From an uncultured Bordetella sp. (GTDB lineage: Bacteria; Pseudomonadota; Gammaproteobacteria; Burkholderiales; Burkholderiaceae_A): a stretch of DNA of 64,000 nt. The stretch lies in the NCBI GenBank assembly GCA_964440375.1, contig CAYTRY010000005.1, positions 13,884-77,883 on the forward strand, in the 5' to 3' direction. Made by a program: the position numbers and the translations under genes. The notes under the pieces are model-generated. The model did not search any database and was not told the DNA's origin. It saw only the letters and a program-made list of their open reading frames with translations. Positions 30,487 to 40,562 of the stretch are shown one piece after another. Each line of letters starts with the position of its first letter. Position 1 is the stretch's first letter.

Positions 30487-32280
30487 ATGCGATCTCAATA
30501 CGCCGGCTCTGTTTGTACAGAGCAGCTTGGACAACAGGTGACCTTATGCGGCTGGGTCCACCGACGCCGGGACCATGGCGGTGTCATTTTTATTGATCTG
30601 CGTGATCGTGAGGGCCTGGCCCAGGTCGTTTGTGATCCGGACCGTCCCGAGATGTTTAAAACTGCCGAGACGCTTCGTAATGAGTTTTGTATTCAAATTA
30701 CCGGCCTGGTTCGTCCGCGGCCGGACGGCACTGCAAATCCAAATCTAAAAAGCGGCGAGATTGAAATTCTCTGCCATGAGATTTCGGTGCTGAATCCATC
30801 GGTGACACCGCCTTTTCAGCTCGATGACGACCACCTCTCGGAAACGACAAGGCTGACCCATCGCGTGCTCGATCTGCGTCGGCCTGCAATGCAGAAAAAT
30901 CTCATGCTGCGTTATCGGGTTGCAATGGAAGTGCGCCGCTATCTTGATGCCGAAGGTTTTATCGATGTCGAGACGCCGATGCTGACAAAATCAACGCCCG
31001 AGGGCGCCCGGGATTATCTCGTGCCTTCGCGGGTCAATGCGGGAGAGTTCTTCGCGCTGCCGCAGTCGCCGCAGCTGTTTAAGCAGCTGCTGATGGTCTC
31101 GGGATTTGATCGCTACTATCAGATTACCAAGTGCTTTCGCGATGAAGACCTGCGGGCAGACCGGCAGCCGGAATTTACCCAGATCGACTGCGAGACATCG
31201 TTTTTAAATGAGACCCAGATTCGGGAATTATTTGAGCGTATGGTTCGGCGCGTCTTTAAATCTGCCATCGATGTTCAGCTTGCCGAGCCCTTCCCGGTGA
31301 TGACATACGCCGAGGCCATGCAGCGTTTTGGCTCGGATAAGCCTGACCTTCGGGTCAGGCTAGAGTTCACCGAGCTGACCGATGTGATGAAGTCCGTGGA
31401 TTTCAAGGTCTTTTCCGAGCCCGCGAATCATTCCGCAGGCCGAGTGGCGGCCCTGCGTGTTCCCGGGGGTGCTGCAATTTCGCGTGGCGAGATTGATGCC
31501 TACACGGAATTCGTCAAGATCTATGGCGCCAAGGGTCTGGCCTGGATCAAGGTCAATCAAGTGGCCCAGGGCCGCGATGGCCTGCAGTCTCCGATTGTGA
31601 AGAATCTTCATGATGAAGCACTCGCTGCAATTCTGAAGCGTTCAGGCGCGCAGGACGGCGATCTGATTTTCTTTGGCGCTGACAAGGCCAAGGTCGTCAA
31701 TGACGCCCTTGGCGCCCTCCGGCTGAAAGTCGGCCATAGTGACTTCGGCAAGGCGCAGGGTCTCTTTGAGGCGGGTTGGCGTCCGCTATGGGTGATTGAT
31801 TTCCCGATGTTTGAGTACGACGATGAAGCCAAGCGCTGGGCGGCAGTCCATCATCCGTTTACAGCGCCGAAAGACGGCCACGAAAATCTTATGGACACAG
31901 ATCCTGGTGCCTGCCTGGCCAAGGCCTACGACCTGGTGCTCAATGGCTGGGAGCTGGGCGGCGGATCGGTTCGAATCCATCGGGCTGAGGTCCAAAGCAA
32001 GGTGTTCAGTGCTTTGAACATTGGCGCAGAAGAGGCCCGCGCGAAATTTGGTTTTCTTTTAGATGCGCTTCAGTATGGCGCACCACCCCATGGCGGCATT
32101 GCCTTTGGACTGGATCGGCTGGTCACACTCATGACCGGTGCTGAGAGTATTCGCGATGTGATTGCATTTCCAAAGACGCAGCGCGCCCAATGCCTGTTAA
32201 CGCAGGCCCCATCGCAGGTCGATGAAAAGCAGCTCAGAGAGCTGCACATTCGGCTGCGGGAGGCGCCGCGAGTCTCATGA
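30487..32280 (+). CDS. aspS: Aspartate--tRNA(Asp/Asn) ligase
   Basis: [62 protein letters not shown]. Confidence 0.99.
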   Translation: MRSQYAGSVCTEQLGQQVTLCGWVHRRRDHGGVIFIDLRDREGLAQVVCDPDRPEMFKTAETLRNEFCIQITGLVRPRPDGTANPNLKSGEIEILCHEISVLNPSVTPPFQLDDDHLSETTRLTHRVLDLRRPAMQKNLMLRYRVAMEVRRYLDAEGFIDVETPMLTKSTPEGARDYLVPSRVNAGEFFALPQSPQLFKQLLMVSGFDRYYQITKCFRDEDLRADRQPEFTQIDCETSFLNETQIRELFERMVRRVFKSAIDVQLAEPFPVMTYAEAMQRFGSDKPDLRVRLEFTELTDVMKSVDFKVFSEPANHSAGRVAALRVPGGAAISRGEIDAYTEFVKIYGAKGLAWIKVNQVAQGRDGLQSPIVKNLHDEALAAILKRSGAQDGDLIFFGADKAKVVNDALGALRLKVGHSDFGKAQGLFEAGWRPLWVIDFPMFEYDDEAKRWAAVHHPFTAPKDGHENLMDTDPGACLAKAYDLVLNGWELGGGSVRIHRAEVQSKVFSALNIGAEEARAKFGFLLDALQYGAPPHGGIAFGLDRLVTLMTGAESIRDVIAFPKTQRAQCLLTQAPSQVDEKQLRELHIRLREAPRVS

Positions 32281-32894
32281 TTCGGCCGCTCAGTAGCCTT
32301 GGCTACTTGGCATCGGCTGTGCTCATGGGGGGTGCTTTGGGCCTGCTGCGCGGCCCGGCAGCAATCGCGGTCAATCCTGCGTTGTTGTTGATTCCTTTTT
32401 CGATTGCTGCAGCCGCCCAGATTTTTTTTCGTAAAGCGAACCGCGTTGCGCAGCAGCCGGACCCCGGTGCTCGGCAGCAGTTGCAGGCGGCGCTCATCAC
32501 CGGCCTGCCGATTGCGCTTGTTGTGCTTGTCAGTGAGTCGATATTGATTTTGGACTGGCCGTCGGCTGCCGGCGTTACTGCGGGCTGTGGTGCCGGTGTT
32601 GCGGCCGGGCTTATGGCAGCGCCGATGGGCCCGGCATCGTCTTCAGCCTATCGGATTCGGGTGCTGCTGCTGTATCTTGCGGCGGGAATCGTGGCGCTTT
32701 CCACGCTTCTGACAAGTCTGCCGCCAGCAGCATTCTGGGTGGTCAGTGCAGTCATACCTGCTTGGCAGGCCCGACGCCTTGCGTTGCGCGATCAGATGGA
32801 GGATGCCGCCAGAATGCTTGTTGCATCTATTCGACTCTTTATGGCGGTGCTGACGATTGCACTGGTGCTGCCGGCTGCACTGATGTTGCGTTGA
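32277..32894 (+). CDS. Hypothetical multi-pass membrane protein
   Basis: Hydrophobic 205-aa ORF, ATGA-coupled to aspS, fills the gap to nudB. Confidence 0.7.
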   Translation: MIRPLSSLGYLASAVLMGGALGLLRGPAAIAVNPALLLIPFSIAAAAQIFFRKANRVAQQPDPGARQQLQAALITGLPIALVVLVSESILILDWPSAAGVTAGCGAGVAAGLMAAPMGPASSSAYRIRVLLLYLAAGIVALSTLLTSLPPAAFWVVSAVIPAWQARRLALRDQMEDAARMLVASIRLFMAVLTIALVLPAALMLR

Positions 32895-32919
32895 TCATGC
32901 CAAGCACCCGTTGCCGAAA

Positions 32920-33381
32920 ATGACAGGCTTCAAAATACCCGAGTCGGTTCTGGTGGTGATTCATACGACAGATCTGCGGGTGCTGCTAATTGAACGGGCC
33001 GATCATCCTGGCTTTTGGCAGTCGGTGACCGGCAGCCGGCATGCCCTCGATGAACCGCTGCACGAGACCGCACGCCGCGAGTTATTTGAAGAAACAGGAA
33101 TTACGGCTAACCATGGATCAGGGCCGCAGCTGCTGAACTGGGAGTTCTCGCAGACATACGAGATCTATCCCCACTGGCGGCATCGTTACGCTCCGGGCGT
33201 TACTGAGAATGTCGAACATGTCTTTAGTGTTTGCGTTTCGCATGACACGCCCATTCGCTTATCAAGCCGCGAGCACACCAATTTCCAGTGGCTGCCCTAT
33301 GCTGATGCAGCAGAGCGCTGCTTCTCGTGGAGCAATGCGAAAGCGATTCTTGAGCTGCCCGCCCGATTGCGCCAGGGATGA
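32920..33381 (+). CDS. nudB: Dihydroneopterin triphosphate diphosphatase (Nudix)
   Basis: KIPESVLVVIH, FWQSVTGS, ARRELFEETG, YEIYPHWRHRYAPGVT, FSWSN. Confidence 0.94.
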   Translation: MTGFKIPESVLVVIHTTDLRVLLIERADHPGFWQSVTGSRHALDEPLHETARRELFEETGITANHGSGPQLLNWEFSQTYEIYPHWRHRYAPGVTENVEHVFSVCVSHDTPIRLSSREHTNFQWLPYADAAERCFSWSNAKAILELPARLRQG

Positions 33382-34631
33382 ACATGCCGGATGCCTTAAT
33401 CCGGCCCCCGATTGAACTCCTGCAGGGGTCCGAAGAATATTTTCCGCAGCTGATCGGGGCGATTGATGAGGCCCGAACGACGGTCTACCTCGAGTCGTAC
33501 CTGATTCATGATGATCCTCCAACCCGGCGTGTTCTGGAGGCCTTGATTCGGGCGCGGCAGCGCGGGGTCGCGGTATTCGTGCTACTCGATGGCTTCGGGG
33601 CCGCCTCCGAAATGGGCTGGGCCAAGGCCTTATTGATGGCCCACGAGATTCATATTGAATTTTATCGGCCAAGAGTGAAATGGCGAGCGCCAAATACTTG
33701 GCGTCGATTGCATCGAAAGCTGGCCTTAATCGATGAGCAGACGGCATTTGTCGGCGGTATTAATTTGATTGGAGATCATTTCGATCTGGCCCATGGCCAA
33801 CTCCCGCGGCCACGTCTTGACTTTGCAATTCGTGTGGCCTCGGCGGTGCCCGTTGCGGCAATTTCTCGGGTCATGCGGCGGACATGGTGGCGCGTGAGTC
33901 TGCGTAATGCGTTTCGCGGCAGCCTGGGCCGCTTAATGCGTGCTGACCGGCGTCAGACGGAATTGGCCCGACTCCGTGAGGCATGGCGCCGCACGCGACG
34001 GCATTTGCGCTGGAGAGCACCCCGGGCGCGGCGCCGAATGTCTCGGCGGGTTCGGCTCTTGCTGCGGGACAATCTGCGGCATCGCCGTGATATCGAACGC
34101 TGGTATCTGCTGAGTATTGTCTCGGCCCGGACTGAGATTCTGATTGCCAATGCGTATTTCGTTCCCACCTTTCGTTTTCGTCAGGCCCTGCTTCGGGCGG
34201 CCCAGCGGGGGGTCCGGGTGCGGCTTTTGATTCAGGGCAATAGTGATCAGTGGTGGACCCACTGGGCGACCCAGGCGCTGATCGGTGAGCTGGTCGCTGG
34301 TGGAGTTGAAATCTACGAATACACAGAGAGTTTTTTGCATGCAAAGGTGGCCGTGATCGATGATGCGCTGACGGTGGGATCCTCAAATATTGATCCTTTC
34401 TCGCTGGCATTTTCACTTGAGGCGAATCTGATTGCAGAGGATGCGGCGCTGGCCGCACAGCTGCGGCAGCGGCTTCAGGCGGCCTGTGATCGTGCATCGC
34501 GGCGCCTGCTGCCGGTTGGCCAACGGCGTGGCCTGCTGCGCGCCCTGGGCCGCGCTGCATTGATCACATTTGCGCTAACAGCACTGCGTATTTTTATTGC
34601 GTTTAGTGGCAGCAGCCTCAGGATGCGTTAA
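33378..34631 (+). CDS. clsB: Cardiolipin synthase ClsB-like phospholipase D
   Basis: Two HKD motifs (HRKLALID, HAKVAVID), VGGIN, VGSSN; downstream of nudB. Confidence 0.88.
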   Translation: MNMPDALIRPPIELLQGSEEYFPQLIGAIDEARTTVYLESYLIHDDPPTRRVLEALIRARQRGVAVFVLLDGFGAASEMGWAKALLMAHEIHIEFYRPRVKWRAPNTWRRLHRKLALIDEQTAFVGGINLIGDHFDLAHGQLPRPRLDFAIRVASAVPVAAISRVMRRTWWRVSLRNAFRGSLGRLMRADRRQTELARLREAWRRTRRHLRWRAPRARRRMSRRVRLLLRDNLRHRRDIERWYLLSIVSARTEILIANAYFVPTFRFRQALLRAAQRGVRVRLLIQGNSDQWWTHWATQALIGELVAGGVEIYEYTESFLHAKVAVIDDALTVGSSNIDPFSLAFSLEANLIAEDAALAAQLRQRLQAACDRASRRLLPVGQRRGLLRALGRAALITFALTALRIFIAFSGSSLRMR

Positions 34632-34632
34632 C

Positions 34633-35487
34633 GTGGCAGCAGCACATTCAAAAGCGCGTCGTATTTATGGTGTGGACTTCAGCTCTGCGCCAAGCAGGCG
34701 CAAGCCCATCACCATTGCGATTGGCCACTGCAGCGGCGCCCACTATTTGCTGGATCAGGTAGTGGCGGCGCCGAGTTTTGAGGCCTTTGAATCTTTTTTA
34801 AATCATGCGGGCCCCTGGATTGCAGGATTTGATTTGCCGTTCAGTCTTCCGCGGCCACTCATTGAGCATTACGGCTGGCCAGCCCAGTGGGCTGAGTTTA
34901 TTCAGTGGTATGGCGCACAGGATCGACAACAGCTGCGTCAGATATTCAAGGCATTTTGTGATGCTCGGCCGGCCGGCAGTAAATTTGTCTATCGCAGAAC
35001 CGATCGGCCCGCAGGGTCGAGTCCGGCCATGCGTTGGACCAATCCGCCGGTGGCATGGATGGCCCATGCCGGCGCGCCGCGAATTCTTCGGGCCGGTCTT
35101 TTTGTGCCGGGACAGCAGCCGATCGATCAGCCACCTGATCAGGCCCGTGTGGCGCTGGAGGCCTATCCGGGATTTACTGCGCGGCAGGTGAGTCGCAGCT
35201 CGTATAAAAGTGATGAGCCGGCCAAGCAGACGCCAGAGCGCCGTCGGATTCGCGAGCAAATTCTCGAGGCCTTAATCATGGGATCAGCAGGCCTGAATTG
35301 TTCGCTCACTCTGAGTGCAACGTGGCGGCGACATCTGCTAAACGATGGCAGCGGGGATCTCTTAGATGCGGTGATCTGTGCACTTCAGGCGGCCCATGCG
35401 AGCCGGCTGCCCCGTTATGGCTTTCCAAGCGATCTGGATCCTTTAGAAGGCTGGATTGCCTCGGTGCCACCACCGCAGGCGCTTTAG
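34633..35487 (+). CDS. DUF429 family predicted nuclease
   Basis: YGVDFSSAPSRRKPI, GFDLPF, SSPAMRWTNPPVAWM, LEAYP, GDLLDAV, DPLEGWI; start inferred at GTG 34633. Confidence 0.78.
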   Translation: MAAAHSKARRIYGVDFSSAPSRRKPITIAIGHCSGAHYLLDQVVAAPSFEAFESFLNHAGPWIAGFDLPFSLPRPLIEHYGWPAQWAEFIQWYGAQDRQQLRQIFKAFCDARPAGSKFVYRRTDRPAGSSPAMRWTNPPVAWMAHAGAPRILRAGLFVPGQQPIDQPPDQARVALEAYPGFTARQVSRSSYKSDEPAKQTPERRRIREQILEALIMGSAGLNCSLTLSATWRRHLLNDGSGDLLDAVICALQAAHASRLPRYGFPSDLDPLEGWIASVPPPQAL

Positions 35488-35500
35488 ATAAGATCCGCGG

Positions 35501-37339
35501 ATGCGACATTTCCCGGCTGTTGAGCGGCCCAGCAAAGATTTTCCTCTTCCGCCCGGGGCGCCGCGGGGTGAATGGCAGACACTGGCTGCGCTATTGCCTT
35601 ACTTGTGGCAGTACAGATGGCGGGTCGGCATTGCGCTCTCATGCCTGGTGCTTGCCAAGGCGGCCAATGTAGCGGTGCCGGTAGCGTTAAAAGAAATTGT
35701 TGACGCGGTGAGCCGCAATCCGACCATTGCGCTGGCGGCGGTGCCCCTGGGTTTGATTGCTGCCTATGGCCTGCTGCGTGTTCTGACCAGTCTATTTACC
35801 GAATTACGGGAGGTGGTGTTTGCCCGCGTGACCCAGCAGGCGGTGCGGCGTATTGCGCTGCAGGTGTTCGAGCATCTGCATGCACTGTCGCTGCGTTTTC
35901 ACCTTGATCGGCAGACCGGTGGCCTCACGCGGGATATTGAGCGTGGCACACGCGGTGTTTCGAGCTTGGTGTCATTTACTTTGTACTCGATTCTGCCAAC
36001 GATCATCGAGGTCGGCATGGTGTTGGCGTGGCTTATCGTGCACTACGAGGTCTGGTTTGCGGTGATTACCGTTTCTGCCTTGGTGGTGTATGTGATTTAC
36101 ACCATTGTGGTCACCAATTGGCGGACCAACTTTCGCCGAGAGATGAATGATCTCGACTCCCGCGCCAATACGCGGGCTGTGGACTCTTTGCTGAACTACG
36201 AAACCGTCAAATACTTCAATAACGAGGCCTTCGAGGCACAGCGCTACGACCGCAGCATGGCCCGCTGGCAGGAGGCCGCCATCAAAAGCCAGACCTCGCT
36301 GTCGATTCTCAATGTCGGCCAGTCGCTCATCATTGCGATTGCCGTCACGCTGATGGTCTGGCGGGCAACGGTGGGCGTTGTCGAGGGCCGTATGAGCCTG
36401 GGAGATCTGGTGCTGGTCAATGCGTTCATGATTCAGCTCTACATCCCATTGAATTTTCTTGGCGTGCTGTATCGAGAGATCAAGCAAAGCCTCGCCGATA
36501 TGGAACGGCTCTTTGGATTGCTGGCCGAACATCGTGAGGTTGACGATGCACCACAGGCCCAGCCGCTGGCGCTGCATCATGGTGAGGTGGTGTTTGATCG
36601 GGTGGTCTTCTCTTATGATCCCGCCCGTCCGATTCTGCGCGACGTCAGCCTGACGCTGCCCGCAGGAAAGACAACCGCCGTCGTGGGCTCCTCTGGCGCG
36701 GGGAAGTCCACCCTCTCGCGGCTGCTGTATCGCTTCTACGATATCCAGTCCGGCGCGATTCGGATTGATGGCCAGGAGATTCGGGCTGTGACGCAGGAGA
36801 GTCTGCGCTCGGTGATCGGCATCGTGCCGCAAGACACCGTGCTCTTTAACGACACCCTGGACTACAACATTCGTTATGGCCGGCCGGGCGCCTCTGATCA
36901 GGAGGTCTTGGCGGTGACGGAGGCGGCCCACTTGTCCGCCTTTGTGGCCAGCCTGCCAGAGGGCTTCAAAACCCGGGTGGGTGAACGGGGCTTAAAGCTC
37001 TCGGGCGGCGAGAAGCAGCGGGTCGCAATCGCCCGGGCCCTACTCAAGCAGCCCGCCATCCTGATTTTTGATGAGGCCACCTCGGCCCTAGATTCCGAGT
37101 CCGAAAAGGCTATTCAGCAAGAGCTCAACGAGATCTCCCGCGGCCGCACCACTTTAGTGATCGCACACCGGCTATCCACAATCGTGGATGCAGACCAGAT
37201 CGTGGTGCTTGAGGGGGGCGGGATTATCGAGCGGGGCCGGCATGCGGAACTCTTGGCGCTTGGCGGCCGCTACGCTGAGCTCTGGGAGTTGCAGGCCAAA
37301 GAGGCCTCGGAAAACCTTTCCCCGCCGCTGAATAAGTAG
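35501..37339 (+). CDS. ATM1/AtmA-type ABC transporter (fused permease and ATPase)
   Basis: LSLRFHLDRQTGG, DSLLNYETVKYF, GSSGAGKST, LSGGEKQR, DEATSALD. Confidence 0.93.
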   Translation: MRHFPAVERPSKDFPLPPGAPRGEWQTLAALLPYLWQYRWRVGIALSCLVLAKAANVAVPVALKEIVDAVSRNPTIALAAVPLGLIAAYGLLRVLTSLFTELREVVFARVTQQAVRRIALQVFEHLHALSLRFHLDRQTGGLTRDIERGTRGVSSLVSFTLYSILPTIIEVGMVLAWLIVHYEVWFAVITVSALVVYVIYTIVVTNWRTNFRREMNDLDSRANTRAVDSLLNYETVKYFNNEAFEAQRYDRSMARWQEAAIKSQTSLSILNVGQSLIIAIAVTLMVWRATVGVVEGRMSLGDLVLVNAFMIQLYIPLNFLGVLYREIKQSLADMERLFGLLAEHREVDDAPQAQPLALHHGEVVFDRVVFSYDPARPILRDVSLTLPAGKTTAVVGSSGAGKSTLSRLLYRFYDIQSGAIRIDGQEIRAVTQESLRSVIGIVPQDTVLFNDTLDYNIRYGRPGASDQEVLAVTEAAHLSAFVASLPEGFKTRVGERGLKLSGGEKQRVAIARALLKQPAILIFDEATSALDSESEKAIQQELNEISRGRTTLVIAHRLSTIVDADQIVVLEGGGIIERGRHAELLALGGRYAELWELQAKEASENLSPPLNK

Positions 37340-37431
37340 TTTCCCCGGGGGCGGCCCTCCGCCAAGATTTGGGGGAGACAGTATCCTTGTCCTTCGGATC
37401 CATCTTTGTTTTCGCTAAAGGAAGAGTTCAA

Positions 37432-38334
37432 ATGAAAAAACAGCTGTTGTCGTTCATGCTGGGGGTCGCCTCGTTGGGCTTGGCCGCCACGGCCCAGGCC
37501 GATACCTTGGGCAAGATTAAATCCAGTGGTGCAGTCACCATGGGGGTTCGGGAATCGTCGGGCGCCTTGTCGTACACCTTGGGCGATGGAAAATTTGCGG
37601 GATTTCATGTGGAGATCTGCGAGCGGGTTCTGGCCGATGTGCAAAAACAGCTGGGGCTGGCAAAGCTGGCCGTTCGCTATCAGCCGGTGACATCTCAGAA
37701 TCGCATTCCGCTGGTCCAAAACGGAACCGTTGATATCGAGTGTGGCTCAACGACCAATAACGCGACCCGTCAGAAAGACGTTGCATTTGCCGTGACGACC
37801 TATGTCGAAGAAGTGCGGATTGCTGCTAAGGCAAATTCTGGCATCACATCGATTAACCAGCTCAACGGCCGTAAGGTTGCGACAACCACTGGAACCACCT
37901 CGGTTCAGCATCTGCGTAAACATGAGCGGGCAACCGGCGTCAATTTTGAAGAAGTCTTTGGCAAGGATCATTCAGACAGTTTTCTGCTGCTTGAGTCCGG
38001 CCGGGCCGATGCCTTCGTCATGGACGGATCGATTCTTGCCGGCAATATCGCCAACGCGAAGAATCCCGCTGATTTTCGTATCGTCGGCGAGGTACTCTCG
38101 GTTGAGCCGATCGCCATCATGATGCGCCGGGATGATCCCGCGTTTAAAAAGGCAGTCGATGACAGCATCATCCGCATGATGCGTGATGGCTCACTGGCCA
38201 AGCTCTGGAATAAATGGTTTGAGTCTCCCATTCCGCCACGGAATGTAAAAGTAGGCCTGTCGCTCTCAGAGAGCACCAAGGCGGCTTGGGCAAATCCCAA
38301 TGACCGTCCGATGGAAGACTACGCCAAGAAGTAA
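37432..38334 (+). CDS. gltI: Glutamate/aspartate ABC transporter substrate-binding protein
   Basis: Signal peptide, PVTSQNRIPLVQNGTVDIECGSTTNN, GKDH, RADAFVMD. Confidence 0.9.
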   Translation: MKKQLLSFMLGVASLGLAATAQADTLGKIKSSGAVTMGVRESSGALSYTLGDGKFAGFHVEICERVLADVQKQLGLAKLAVRYQPVTSQNRIPLVQNGTVDIECGSTTNNATRQKDVAFAVTTYVEEVRIAAKANSGITSINQLNGRKVATTTGTTSVQHLRKHERATGVNFEEVFGKDHSDSFLLLESGRADAFVMDGSILAGNIANAKNPADFRIVGEVLSVEPIAIMMRRDDPAFKKAVDDSIIRMMRDGSLAKLWNKWFESPIPPRNVKVGLSLSESTKAAWANPNDRPMEDYAKK

Positions 38335-38354
38335 CGCCTCTTGACTTCGATAGG

Positions 38355-38396
38355 ACCCCCTGCGCGAGACCACCCGCGTAGGGGGTTTTCACTTTT
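38355..38396 (+). terminator. Intercistronic hairpin/terminator after gltI
   Basis: ACCCCCTGCGCG (38355-38366) pairs with CGCGTAGGGGGT (38375-38386), followed by TTTCACTTTT. Confidence 0.7.
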
Positions 38397-39128
38397 ATGA
38401 CTTGGGATTGGCAGGTTTTTCTTCAGGACACCGGGGGTGGTCAGACCTACCTCGACTGGATGCTTTCGGCCTGGGGCTGGACGCTGGCGGTGGCCTTTCT
38501 CGCGCTGATAATTGCTCTGGTCTTTGGGGCATTGGTGGGCACGATTCGAACGCTGCCCAATCATCGGTTTTCTTTTCGGCTCGCAATCGGAGTCGGACAT
38601 GCCTGGGTTGAAATCTTTCGCAATGTGCCGCTGTTGGTCCAGATTTTCATCTGGTATCACGTCATTCCGGCGCTGATCCCGGCGCTCAAGGGCCTGCCGG
38701 GGTTTGTGCTGGTCGTGGCCGCACTGGGTTTGTTTACCTCAGCACGCATTGCTGAGCAGGTCCGTGCCGGCATTCAGTCCCTGCCGCGTGGCCAGCGTTA
38801 TGCCGCCATGGCGCTTGGCATGACCACTGCCCAGTCCTATCGGCTGGTGATTTTGCCGATGGCGTTTCGCATCATCATTCCGCCGCTGACCTCCGAGTCG
38901 ATGAATATCATTAAAAACTCGTCAGTCGCCTTTGCAGTTTCTGTGGCGGAACTGACACTGTTTGCGCTCCAAGCCCAGGAAGAGACCTCTCGGGGCATTG
39001 AGGTCTATCTGGCGGTGACGTCGTTGTACATGGTCTCCGCATTTACTGTGAATCGCCTGATGGCCTTTATTGAGCGCCAGGTCCGTGTGCCGGGATTGAT
39101 TGCAGCAGGCCAGGCAGGGGGCCACTGA
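38397..39128 (+). CDS. gltJ: Amino acid ABC transporter permease
   Basis: FRNVPLLVQ, EQVRAGIQSLPRGQ, PPLTSE..NIIKNSS. Confidence 0.9.
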   Translation: MTWDWQVFLQDTGGGQTYLDWMLSAWGWTLAVAFLALIIALVFGALVGTIRTLPNHRFSFRLAIGVGHAWVEIFRNVPLLVQIFIWYHVIPALIPALKGLPGFVLVVAALGLFTSARIAEQVRAGIQSLPRGQRYAAMALGMTTAQSYRLVILPMAFRIIIPPLTSESMNIIKNSSVAFAVSVAELTLFALQAQEETSRGIEVYLAVTSLYMVSAFTVNRLMAFIERQVRVPGLIAAGQAGGH

Positions 39129-39129
39129 G

Positions 39130-39795
39130 ATGAATCTCGATCTGAGTTTTTATTCCTGGGAGGTCATCAGCCGTTACATCTTGCAGGGATTCGGATTCAG
39201 CATTCAGCTGACCGTGTTGGCCACGCTCGGCGGATTATTTTTCGGCACGTTGCTGGCCTTGATGCGGCTGTCGTCGCAGCGCTGGCTGCAGTTGCCGGCT
39301 GCGATTTATGTCAATGTGATGCGATCCATACCTCTGGTGATGGTCATCCTTTGGTTTTTTCTGCTGATTCCTTTCATGATTGGTCGGCCCATTGGCGCAG
39401 AGCTTTCCGCCACGATCACGTTTATTGCATTTGAGGCCGCTTATTTCTCTGAAATCATGAGGGCGGGAATTCAGTCGATTCCGCGGGGTCAGGTCCACGC
39501 CGGCCAGGCGCTTGGCATGACCTATAGCCAAAACATGCGGCTGATCGTGCTGCCTCAGGCCTTTCGAAATATGCTGCCGGTCGTTCTGACCCAGACCATT
39601 ATTCTTTTCCAAGATACCTCCCTGGTCTATGCGATTGGTGCTTACGACTTACTAAAGGGCTTTGAGCTGGCCGGTAAAAACTATGGCCGTCCGATTGAGG
39701 CCTATCTTCTTGCAGCAGCAGTTTATTTTGTTATTTGTTTTGGGCTATCGCTGATCGTGAAGCGACTGCAGGAAAAAATCGCCATTATTCGTTAG
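39130..39795 (+). CDS. gltK: Amino acid ABC transporter permease
   Basis: RSIPLVMV, EAAYFSEIMRAGIQSIPRGQ, ILFQDTSLVY. Confidence 0.9.
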   Translation: MNLDLSFYSWEVISRYILQGFGFSIQLTVLATLGGLFFGTLLALMRLSSQRWLQLPAAIYVNVMRSIPLVMVILWFFLLIPFMIGRPIGAELSATITFIAFEAAYFSEIMRAGIQSIPRGQVHAGQALGMTYSQNMRLIVLPQAFRNMLPVVLTQTIILFQDTSLVYAIGAYDLLKGFELAGKNYGRPIEAYLLAAAVYFVICFGLSLIVKRLQEKIAIIR

Positions 39796-39810
39796 GGTCG
39801 AGGTGCCGCT

Positions 39811-40545
39811 ATGGCCATGATTGAGTTTAAAAATATTAGCAAGTGGTACGGCAGCTTTCAGGTGCTGACCGACTGCTCGACCCAGCTGCAAAAAGGCGAG
39901 GTCGTGGTCGTCTGTGGGCCTTCGGGCTCGGGCAAGTCCACGCTGATTAAATGTGCCAACGGCCTAGAGCCCTTCCAGAAAGGCGAGCTGCTGGTCAATG
40001 ATGTCTCCGTGGGCGACCCCCGGACGGACCTGCCCAAGCTGCGTTCACAGATTGGCATGGTGTTCCAGCACTTTGAGCTTTTTCCGCATCTGTCCGTGAT
40101 GGAGAATCTGACGCTGGGCCAGATCCGGGTCTTGGGCCGCAGCCAGGATCAGGCAGATGCAAAAGCCAAGGCGTTGCTAGATCGCGTGGGCCTGTCGATC
40201 CATGCACAGAAATTTCCGGGCCAGCTTTCAGGCGGCCAGCAGCAGCGGGTGGCCATTGCACGGGCCTTGGCGATGGATCCGATCGCCATGCTCTTCGATG
40301 AGCCGACCTCGGCCCTGGATCCCGAAATGGTCAATGAGGTGTTGGATGTCATGGTAGCGCTGGCCAAAGAGGGCATGACCATGATGGTCGTGACCCATGA
40401 GATGGGCTTTGCCCGCAAAGTCTCGGACCGAGTGGTATTTATGGATGCGGGCTGCATCGTCGAGGATTGCTCTAAAGAGGAATTTTTTGGGGCGCCGCGA
40501 AGTCCGCGGGCCCAGGAGTTTCTCTCTAAGATTCTGAGCCACTGA
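39811..40545 (+). CDS. gltL: Amino acid ABC transporter ATP-binding protein
   Basis: [29 protein letters not shown]. Confidence 0.93.
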   Translation: MAMIEFKNISKWYGSFQVLTDCSTQLQKGEVVVVCGPSGSGKSTLIKCANGLEPFQKGELLVNDVSVGDPRTDLPKLRSQIGMVFQHFELFPHLSVMENLTLGQIRVLGRSQDQADAKAKALLDRVGLSIHAQKFPGQLSGGQQQRVAIARALAMDPIAMLFDEPTSALDPEMVNEVLDVMVALAKEGMTMMVVTHEMGFARKVSDRVVFMDAGCIVEDCSKEEFFGAPRSPRAQEFLSKILSH

Positions 40546-40562
40546 TCGGCGATAATCGCCGG

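Noticed and set aside
30505-30522. CTGTTTGTACAG resembling a LexA box
   Set aside because: Spacer is 4 bp rather than 8, and the site lies inside the aspS coding sequence.
35972-36931. 319-aa antisense ORF (similar ones at 54208-55182, 56955-57719, 15656-16369, 33871-34560)
   Set aside because: Each lies entirely opposite a well-supported gene and has no recognisable motif; long shadow ORFs are expected in GC-rich coding DNA.
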